From Octopus bimaculoides (taxonomy: Eukaryota), in contig NC_068998.1 in the NCBI RefSeq assembly GCF_001194135.2, forward strand, positions 36,175,316 to 36,218,400: DNA of 43,085 bases. The letters are read 5' to 3'. Shown here piece by piece: positions 33,420 to 43,085 of this stretch. Each line of letters begins with the position of its first letter. Position 1 is the stretch's first letter. Below the pieces are notes generated by a model that was not told the origin of the DNA, made no database searches, and was given only the letters and a program-made list of their open reading frames with translations. The translations under genes were made by a program, and so were the position numbers.

Positions 33420-34360
33420 AATTTCTGAGAGCTGTTGTCATCATCATCACCATTATCCTTGTTTTAATGTACACATTTTTTTCTGTGTTTGCATGGGTCA
33501 GGCATAATGCTTTTGAAGTGAATTCTCTACAGCTGGATGCCCTCTTTGTCATCAACCCTCACCTATTTCCATGTAAGGTAATATCAACCCAGCTTGCAAA
33601 GACTTATTGGGGCAAGCGAAAGCGAAATCGGGATAGCACCTGTGCCCAGCGTCGCCTTTCTGGCACTTGTACCCGTGACATGTGTAAGGATTTTCGAGCG
33701 ACATCGTTGCCAGTGCCCGTGGACTGGCTCTTGTATGGGCGGCACATAAAATACACCATTTTGAGCGTGGCCGTTGCCAGTACCGCCTGACTGGCCTTCG
33801 TGCTGGTGGCATGTAAAAGCACCCTCTACACTCTCTGAGTGGTTGGCGTTAGGAAGGGCATCCAGCTGTAGAAACTCTGCCAAATCAGATTGGAGCCTGG
33901 TGTAGCCATCTAGTTTCACCAGTCCTCAGTCAAATCGTCCAACCCATGCTAACTAGCATGGAAAGCAGACATTAAACGATGATGATGATGATTGGGAATG
34001 GGCACGACTTGCATGATGGAGACATTTGTTTACAACCATGCAGTGTCCAGGAGACAGTAACACACACACATACATAAATACACACACACACATATGGCTC
34101 CTAGCCACCCCTTTCAGTTTCACTACTCCCAGCTGAGAGGTCTTTATCTCGTATGCTGGTGTTGGTGCCATGTAAAAAGCACTGGTACTGGTGCCGCATA
34201 AAATGCATCCAGTACACTCTGTAAAGTGGTTGGCATTTGGAAGGGCATCCAGCAATAGAAATCATGCCAAAGCAGACAATGTAACCTGGTGAAGCTCCAG
34301 CTTAACTCCTGTCGAACCATCCAACCCATACCAGCATGGAAGATGGATATTAAATGATGA
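33420..34360. mobile_element. Cluster of RTE 3' UTR-type fragments (minus ~33440-33590, plus ~33600-33995, plus ~34150-34360)
   Basis: Repeated ggaagggcatccagc / gctggatgccc motif and (GAT)n tails in both orientations. Confidence 0.78.
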
Positions 34361-34384
34361 TAGTGTTGCTGGTGTGTGTGTGAT

Positions 34385-34535
34385 GGGCTTCTTTCAGTTT
34401 CAGTCGACCAAATCCACTTACAAAACTTTGGTCAACCAATGGCTATAGCTGAAGACACTTGTCCAAGATACCACACATTGGGATTGAATCCAAAACCATG
34501 TGGTTGAGAAGCAAACTTCTTACCACACAACCGTA
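34385..34535 (-). mobile_element. tRNA-derived SINE 5' half
   Basis: gggcttctttcagtttc..accaaatccact..gaagacacttgtccaag..agcaaacttcttaccacac. Confidence 0.8.
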
Positions 34536-36949
34536 CCTGTTGTTTTGTGGAAAATTCATGTAAGGCAGTGCAGCAACCATACCATTTCTAGGCCTTCCTA
34601 CCCTGGGAATATGAGTGGGTGCAAAGCATCACCATCATCATTTACTATATCTGATAGGTGAGAGGATTGTGTCAAGCTCCCATGTCTGTTTCGGAATGGC
34701 TTCGAGGATTGGATTCCCCTCCTAATACTAATCACTTTACAAAGTGTACTGGGTGCTTTTGTGTCACCAAGTAGACTACAATACACGACCCCCTTAATTG
34801 AGTGGGGGGGTAGTATTGGGCGAGGTGGCTTTATCTCAGTTGTTGGGAGGCAAGGGTTTGATAGCGATAGGAACAGATATCTCTGTGCAGAGAAGATACA
34901 TGGCTACTCCAACTGGAAAAGAAGAGGGGACAGTGTTAATAAATTGTCAGGGTGCACCCAGAAAGTACAAGAGAGTGAATGTGAAAGGAAAAGAGACCAA
35001 AGAACAGGTGAGTGGGATAAAGACAGAGGAGCAGGTGAGCAACAGATTGTTAGAGATGGGGATACAGGTGATGCAGTAAATGGTTAACAGGGGATNNNNN
35101 NNNNNNNNNNNNNNNNNNNNNNNNNNNNNNNNNNNNNNNNNNNNNNNNNNNNNNNNNNNNNNNNNNNNNNNNNCAAGGAGGGGGAGATGATAAGTAGCAG
35201 AACAAAAGGAAAGCAGGGAGTGGTGAGCAGCATTGTAATACAATCATATAGAGGAGAAATAGGGAAATAGTATAAAGTGTATGGGAAAGAGAACAAGGGT
35301 GGGTGGGCATTACAATGGCTGATAGGAAATAGTGTTATGGGGATGATGATTAGAAGATGAAGTGAGTGACATGGGGAAGGATAACTGGTAGCACAAAATA
35401 TTGGGGATGAAATATGTGTATTGCATATTATATTTTATCTTTTACTTGTTTCAGTCATTTGACTGTGGCCATGCTGGGGCACTAGTTTGAAGAATTTTTA
35501 ATTGAATGAATCAACCGCAGTACTTTTTTTTTTTAAGCCCAGTACTTACTCTAGGTACATTACACAGTATTCTGTATGTTGCAGAGGGGAAAATCAGAAG
35601 TGCTTTTCTCATAATTTCTTAACATTTTGACATTTGAGTCTGTTTAGGCAATGAAGCTTCTAGTTTTCAGAAAGTCACCCGTGCCACTGTGTGACTTTTT
35701 ATATGACGATCTTCTGATGCTGTAGAACAAAAAATGTGTGCTGTTGCAAAGAGGAACAGAAAATTTCCTTTTTCTAAAGCTTTAATTTCACTTTTAAAAT
35801 TCTCTGAATATTTGAAACAATATACAAAAACTAATTGAACACTGAATTACAATATTTTATGTTTGTCAAAAAGATAACAGAAAGAAATCCCATTCTTTCA
35901 AGTTTTCAGAGTTGGATGGCACCTTGTAGGACAGTATACTGTGGCGGAGGGGAAAATGTGTCCACTTCAATAACCGTTATAAACTAAACATTTATACTGA
36001 AAGTGTATTTACAATATACTTTAATTTCCAAATTTGTTTCAACTGCAAAGTTTTCATAAATTTCCACAAAGTTTGGAGCAATTCTACATTTAGTTTTAAA
36101 ATGCGAATCTAGAAAATAAATATATATGTAGATGAGCATCAATTAAAATGAAAATATTATAAATGATTATTTAAGAACACTCAATCTAAACTTTTTGTGC
36201 ATCTGGAGTTATTATAATAACTAAATACATGTATCACACACTCTAGCTCCTTTTCAGTTTTGTCAAACTTGCTCTAAAAAATGCATAGTTATTAAATATA
36301 AAAATTATGAATAATTATATATAATGAATATATAATTGCATACAAAGTCTGACTGTTTACAAAAATCACTCATCAAATTGCAAATCAACGGAGTAGAAGT
36401 TTTGGTTTTTTAAGCCAGAATATTTTAAAATATCCTTCAGAAACACACTCAGGACAAAGGTCTGTTTGAAAACGAAGAAACGCCTGTGTTCTCCAGCTCA
36501 ACAAATACTTTTACATTGGCTTTTTGTGAGAAAAGCAAATGCTTTCTTGATGCTTTCCAGCTCAGCAGCTGTAAAGGGCCCAGTGCCAACCAAGTGGATA
36601 GGACCATGGAACACATTATTTGTATGACAAGTGTCAAGATCATCCCTTCTGGGCCAGTTGAAGGTGTTGATACCAGCAACAACAGATGTACGAAGAAACC
36701 AGAGACATGTTCTAGGGCCCTACCAATGAAGATAGTTGATAGTACTGCTCCACATATGTTGTGATACCTTTGGGAGAACCTGGTTCTACAGGAACTGCTG
36801 GTGCTGTTGAGGTTGATCTAGTTTCCTCAAGTGTTGGTGATAAAGAGAATTCTGTGCATGGTTCTTGGACTTTGAATTGGGAGTTCTTGGTAGTGATGAT
36901 TGAACCAGCATTGGCTTTTGCAATGAAGTGGATGGCATGAGTATTTGGG

Positions 36950-38260
36950 ATTACCTTGCAATCAGTCCAACTTCTCTGAGTGGCTGTTGACAGAGGATAG
37001 TGGAACAAAAAGCTTATGAATATTTTTGCACACTTTCTTGGTCACACAATAGAACTCTTTTGCATTTGTCACAACCTCTTTAATTTGTAAAATTGATCGC
37101 CAAACTGCACGCTTTACTTCATCACCAACACTATCCACAATGCATGCTATCTTTCAATGTGCAGTCTTAAAAAATGACCATGAAGCTTCTGCACCAAAAG
37201 TCATGCCCATGATAAAGCAAGTCTGCCCGGGTGTACTTGTTTTTGAACTGAGAGCCAGCACCATCACTCCAGTAGTGTATTTTGGAGACCTGGGTTAATT
37301 GCTTAACCTCATTGATAATGGCTGTGGTGAAAACATAGACACTGTGATTTTCATGCTTCATTTCATTAGAAACAACTACGTATGATGCATGCTCAAGTCC
37401 ACAGCAGTGAAGAGGGTGACCATGTTGCTGGACCGGTGAGCTGCCATCACTTCTTTGAAGTCCTTCAGTTGAAAATTTTCTGAAAAATCTTGAATGATCA
37501 CTTCATCAGTTTTCGGGTTTTCTTTCAGGAACTTGAGCTCTGCAAACTGCCGCTTAATGTTGTAAATGTGTCAGCTGAATGGCTGTAGTTGCTCCACAAG
37601 ATCTTCTTTTGCCTCAGCAATTGTGCATTCCTGCAACAGCTTTTTCACACGCTTATCTTCGTCAGTCACCCACTGATAATAAGATACCATGGAATCTTCA
37701 TTAGCATTAGCAAACACTTCATCTATTGGCTCAGTAACTCCACATTTTGGACAGTCTCTATCTACACAACGTATCTGCTCAAGACTGCAGACTGTTTGCA
37801 TTAGGATTTCTTCAAACTTGAGGACTAGGGGGAAGAAGCTTCTTGAGACCCATCAGCAACATATCAGTGTTTTCGCGGTACCTGCACATGCATACTTCTT
37901 GATCATGAGCTGTCATGGATACTACTTGTGGAGGTCAAAGTGCAGCAAATTTTGACTTTCCAACGAACAAGTCAGATTCTTTTTTGACCAGCTCATAGAT
38001 CTCATTGATGTTTAATAACAGAAGCCATTTCTGTTTTGATTCTCTGCCTTGGGGTGTTTTAACTGAAATGCAGTCTCTCTTCCTTAGGCATATTCGGCTT
38101 ATGCCATCTCTTAAATAGAATTCTTGGACTGATGCTACCTCTTCTTCAGTCAGGGCATTTGATCTAGTTTTCCTCTTCACACTTTCATTTCTCCTCTTCA
38201 CAGCAGCATCACAAGTCTCTAGCACAGCCCTTCACTTTGTTGGTGACAGTGAACCAACTG
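36950..38260 (-). mobile_element. Unclassified DDE-type transposase remnant (Sola-like motif order)
   Basis: Minus strand reads FYLRDGISR..K+LLL.NINE.Y, VGKSKFAALRPPQV, CMCRYREN, C..RDCPKC, YYQW, IIQDFSENF, YWSDGAGSQFKNK, WSFFKTAH*K..VDSVGDEVKR. Stops and frameshifts throughout; termini not defined. Confidence 0.75.
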
Positions 38261-38640
38261 TTTGTGAGAGGACTTGAATTTGTTTTTTATTTTCCTCTGG
38301 NNNNNNNNNNNNNNNNNNNNNNNNNNNNNNNNNNNNNNNNNNNNNNNNNNNNNNNNNNNNNNNNNNNNNNNNNNNNNNNNNNNNNNNNNNNNNNNNNNNN
38401 NNNNNNNNNNNNNNNNNNNNNNNNNNNNNNNNNNNNNNNNNNNNNNNNNNNNNNNNNNNNNNNNNNNNNNNNNNNNNNNNNNNNNNNNNNNNNNNNNNNN
38501 NNNNNNNNNNNNNNNNNNNNNNNNNNNNNNNNGGGGGGGGGGCTCTTGAATGTCTTGTGCATCTCTTCTTGTTTGTTTCTTGCTCCTTGTTTTTTTTCTT
38601 TTCAGCTTGGACTCTTTTTTTCTTTCTTTCTCTCTCAGTG

Positions 38641-38676
<36 letters not shown>

Positions 38677-40609
38677 AGACATGGTTGCTTCATTTCTCTG
38701 CATATTTCCTTCTCTTCCTTTCTCTGTCTTTTTTCTTATACTCTTCAAGTTTGATAGGATCACTTCTTATTTTCTCCCTGAACTTCTTTCTTCTTTCTCT
38801 ACTAGAAGCCATTGTTTAAACCAGAGTACTCACAAACACAACTCGTCAGTCATTTTGAAGAAAGCACATGGTCTTGCACTATCCCATAATGCAACAAATA
38901 TGCCCATGCTCACAAAGCAAAGAGAGAAAACTGGTGTCTAATCTAGAGCTAGAATGACTGAAAAAATGTATCAAAAAGCAAGTTCTAAGTCTGTAAACAA
39001 TGTTCAAGTAATTTTCAGACTTGCAAAATATGGCATTCAAGACAAGAATGTTTAATTAAAAAAAAAAGAAAAATATTTATTATTAACCCTTCGTTTTATT
39101 GTTTACATTGATTTCTATGTTATAACTGTGTTGTGTTTATGCTCTTATATTGTGCTAAATTATAGTTAAATAGCGACTAATTAGACATTGTTAAATAGTG
39201 TTGTTGGCAGGATTAGTTGTTCAGGCAAGTACTTTTTTTTTTAAACTATATTATATGTTTATTGAAATATTTAGTTTTAGAGAGAGAGAGAGAAAAACAA
39301 TGTTTAATGTTCAAGTACTTTTCAGACTTGCAAAATGTTGGTATTCAAGAGAAAAAAATGCAGTAAACTGTGCTGTTATGATTTCACTGCCGAGACTGTT
39401 TTATTTTTCTTTTACTTATCTTCAGATTTAGAATTACTCATACCATTATTTAAATAAACTCATTATGAGCTTTCATTTGAATGGTCGCACTTTGGATTTT
39501 GGTTTTTGTTTACTGGTTAAAAGTTTCGAATTAGTCATCATTAAAAATGTAGAGTTTTCTGACAGCCAGATATATATTAAATTGGGCTTTTGTTTGATCA
39601 ATCCACTTGTTTCAATCTATAATATACACATAATATATACATAATTATACAAATATTGTAGTTTCAAAAGGATCATCCTGCAGGTTCAGAAAGTTACGTC
39701 AGGCTTATTTTCATTGGACTTCAACACACTTTTGTGTATTTATGGTCTGCTAGTCTCTCTTGAAGGTTTAGATTTGCATCAAAATGAAATATATCATTGA
39801 AACTACTATAGCTATTATCACCACTTTAGATAAGACCTGTTGGACTTCACACTTTTTCTGCAACAGACTTCCCCTCTGCAACAAAAGAATACTTATTTAC
39901 CTTGGACAGAACAAAAAACATCTGGCTATTTTGAAAACAATGAGTAGTTCTGGCCTAAGCACAGAGATTCTGAAATGCAAGTTCTGAATTGGCCATTTGT
40001 GCGAGAACTAATGAGACTTAAAGGCCTTAAAATGTAGAGGAGGGGAAAATCATTTATTGGACAAGTAACACTGCTGTTTCTCTGAAGCAGATTTAGGTTT
40101 TCAATAGTTACTGAATATTTGTTCCCTTGACAAGTCCATGTCCCAGTACTTTTAACCAGTTTAAGTTTTTTTCTATTTCNNNNNNNNNNNNNNNNNNNNN
40201 NNNNNNNNNNNNNNNNNNNNNNNNNNNNNNNNNNNNNNNNNNNNNNNNNNNNNNNNNNNNNNNNNNNNNNNNNNNNNNNNNNNNNNNNNNNNNNNNNNNN
40301 NNNNNNNNNNNNNNNNNNNNNNNNNNNNNNNNNNNNNNNNNNNNNNNNNNNNNNNNNNNNNNNNNNNNNNNNNNNNNNNNNNNNNNNNNNNNNNNNNNNN
40401 NNNNNNNNNNNNNNNNNNNNNNNNNNNNNNNNNNNNNNNNNNNNNNNNNNNNNNNNNNNNNNNNNNNNNNNNNNNNNNNNNNNNNNNNNNNNNNNNNNNN
40501 NNNNNNNNNNNNNNNNNNNNNNNNNNNNNNNNNNNNNNNNNNNNNNNNNNNNNNNNNNNNNNNNNNNNNNNNNNNNNNNNNNNNNNNNNNNNNNNNNNNN
40601 NNNNNNNNN

Positions 40610-40639
<30 letters not shown>

Positions 40640-40649
<10 letters not shown>

Positions 40650-41220
40650 GCTTCTTTCCATCTACCAAATCTACTCGCAATGCTTTGGTTCGCCCAGGGG
40701 TCTACAGCTTAAGACCATTTTGCTAGAATAGGTGTGGTGCTGTGGTACTGAACCTGAAACGTAGCTGCAAAGCAAACTTCTTTAATACACAAACATGCCT
40801 ACACCTGTACATGTATGTAAAACTATACAGTGGGCTTCCGCACAGTTTCATTCAACAAATTTCACTCATAAGATATTCTTTTCTACCCTAGGCACAAGGC
40901 CCGAAATTTTTGGCGAGGGAGCCAGTCGATTAGATTGACCCCAGTACGCAACTGGTACTTAATTTATCGACCCCTGAAAGGATGAAAGGCAAAGTCGACC
41001 TCGGCGGAATTTGAACTTAGACCGTAAAGACAGACAAAATACTGCAAAGCATTTTGCCTGGCATGCTAACGTTTCTGCTAGCTCACCTCTTTGCACTCAT
41101 AAGGTATTGACCAACACAAAAGCTGATGTTGATGTCACTTGCCTGCAGTGTCATACTGTGGGATTGAAACTGGGAGTATGTGGTTGTGAAGCAAACTTCT
41201 TAACCAAACAACCACAACTG
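40640..41220 (-). mobile_element. SINE cluster (~40640-40800, ~40885-41085, ~41095-41220)
   Basis: The middle copy is the reverse complement of the 30869 family (ggatgaaaggcaaagtcgacctcggcggaatttgaac). The flanking copies match the 13700 family. Confidence 0.8.
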
Positions 41221-41530
41221 GCTGAATGTTCAGTTTGAACTTAAGATTTTCAGTGATCAAGGAAGTTGAATGCTCAAAGGCAGAGAAGGAATTTCCAGAG
41301 GTAGGCAGTTTTGAAGGAAAAGAGTTGAGGAAGCAAAATTTCTGATGCTTGGTTTAGTGAATAAGGCTTTGCAGAGAACTGATGGTAAGATTTGATGCAA
41401 GAGTGTGTGTGTATGTAGATGTGTGATGCATGAATTCTAATCTACTGCCAGCTTTTCTCTTCTATTTAGAAAGCCAGATGAAATGCTTTAGGGCATATTG
41501 TTTTGTGCATTAACACTTCTGCATTCAAAT

Positions 41531-43085
41531 TAGGACTCGAAACTGGTTTTATAAAACTGGTTAAAACCGGTTTTATATTATGATCAGCAAAACCGAAACG
41601 GATTTGCCAAACTTGATTTTAATGCTTGCTGTTTCTATTTTTTTTTTCGCAAAACATTTCTCCATTTTTTTTTCTTTTGANNNNNNNNNNNNNNNNNNNN
41701 NNNNNNNNNNNNNNNNNNNNNNNNNNNNNNNNNNNNNNNNNNNNNNNNNNNNNNNNNNNNNNNNNNNNNNNNNNNNNNNNNNNNNNNNNNNNNNNNNNNN
41801 NNNNNNNNNNNNNNNNNNNNNNNNNNNNNNNNNNNNNNNNNNNNNNNNNNNNNNNNNNNNNNNNNNNNNNNNNNNNNNNNNNNNNNNNNNNNNNNNNNNN
41901 NNNNNNNNNNNNNNNNNNNNNNNNNNNNNNNNNNNNNNNNNNNNNNNNNNNNNNNNNNNNNNNNNNNNNNNNNNNNNNNNNNNNNNNNNNNNNNNNNNNN
42001 NNNNNNNNNNNNNNNNNNNNNNNNNNNNNNNNNNNNNNNNNNNNNNNNNNNNNNNNNNNNNNNNNNNNNNNNNNNNNNNNNNNNNNNNNNNNNNNNNNNN
42101 NNNNNNNNNNNNNNNNNNNNNNNNNNNNNNNNNNNNNNNNNNNNNNNNNNNNNNNNNNNNNNNNNNNNNNNNNNNNNNNNNNNNNNNNNNNNNNNNNNNN
42201 NNNNNNNNNNNNNNNNNNNNNNNNNNNNNNNNNNNNNNNNNNNNNNNNNNNNNNNNNNNNNNNNNNNNNNNNNNNNNNNNNNNNNNNNNNNNNNNNNNNN
42301 NNNNNNNNNNNNNNNNNNNNNNCCTGTGAAGATGACAAGAACAATGGAACACTTTTTAACAAAGAAATCAATGGAAGAAGAAGTTTCAAAGTTAGCTGCT
42401 ATTGATGGATTCTCTTTCAATTCAATCGCCAAAAGCGATTTTATACAGAGAAATCTTCATAGTCAGAGAGGTAAATATGATAAATTACAACCAACATCTG
42501 CAAATGGAGTCAGGAATATGGCAATGAATTATTATATAACCAAGAAAGAACTTATTCATTATTTCGAAAAAGAAATAGCACTGGGGATTCGCTACTCATT
42601 GACATTGGATGAATACACATCAATTCAGAATAAATGATATATGAACATAAATGTTCATGGGAAAGACAATCATTGGTCGTTGGGTCTTATTGAGATCCAT
42701 GGCTCTCTTAATAGCAGGAGAACAGAGCAATTTGTGAGAGGATATCTTCGTGAATTTGGATTGGATTTGGATATACACATTGTTGGCTGTACAACGGATG
42801 GTGCTTCTATGATGGTGAAATTCGGAAAAGAAATAAGACCTGATCACCAACAATGTCTCACACATTGCATACATCTGTCTGTGATCGACATTCTCTATCA
42901 AAGAAATATTGAAAATATTGCCTCAACCGATGACACTGATAAAAAAAGGGAAGAGATCGCTATAACAGACGATAGTGATGATGAAGCTGACATAAGCCAA
43001 CAGGACATACTTTTTCAAACAGATTTGGCTCACGAAAATGCTTGTTTTCGCCAGCTAAAACTTGAATTTAACAAAGTTTTAAATA
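41531..43085 (+). mobile_element. hAT transposon 5' part running off the window end
   Basis: Probable 5' TIR taggactcgaaactgg followed by aaaccgg subterminal repeats. After the gap the transposase reads KLAAIDGFSFNSIAKS, YSLTLDEYTS, SLGLIEIHG, VGCTTDGASMMVKFG, QCLTHCIHLSV, then an acidic stretch. Confidence 0.85.

Noticed and set aside
34891-35007. Phase 0-0 open segment with tgcAG acceptor and cag|GTGAGT donor (RRYMATPTGKEEG..KEQ) as exon 5
   Set aside because: It lies in a purine-rich stretch that looks like an interspersed repeat (possibly antisense RTE 5' UTR, from memory, unverifiable here), and the acceptor has a poor pyrimidine tract. It is not included in the gene model; RNA-seq junctions would overturn this.
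39784-40050. Short ORF-like unique region
   Set aside because: Frames are interrupted by stops, there is no recognisable motif, and there is no compatible splice pair.
1-43085. CRISPR array, prophage or prokaryotic operon-type system
   Set aside because: No regularly spaced repeats with unique spacers and no prokaryote-like gene density; the window is eukaryotic repeat-rich DNA.

Overview
AT-rich, microsatellite-laden eukaryotic genomic DNA with many N gaps. The SINE/RTE repeat families look like those of an octopus (coleoid cephalopod); this is recognition from memory, not a database result. Most of the window is decayed mobile DNA: two Penelope-like retroelements (PLEs), one nearly full length (RT plus C-terminal GIY-YIG) with inverted pseudo-LTR segments and a hammerhead-ribozyme motif; two further hammerhead-like fossils; a GG-ended MITE with an 8-bp TSD and internal telomeric repeats; DD37D and mariner remnants; two hAT remnants; TTAA piggyBac-type MITEs; RTE LINE fragments with many copies of their 3' UTR; several tRNA-derived SINE families; and an unclassified DDE-type transposase. 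A previously unannotated, phase-consistent four-exon protein-coding gene candidate (+ strand, 14529-28896, CCAAT-box promoter) runs through this repeat field, and I do not recognise its product. There are no CRISPR, rRNA or true tRNA genes.
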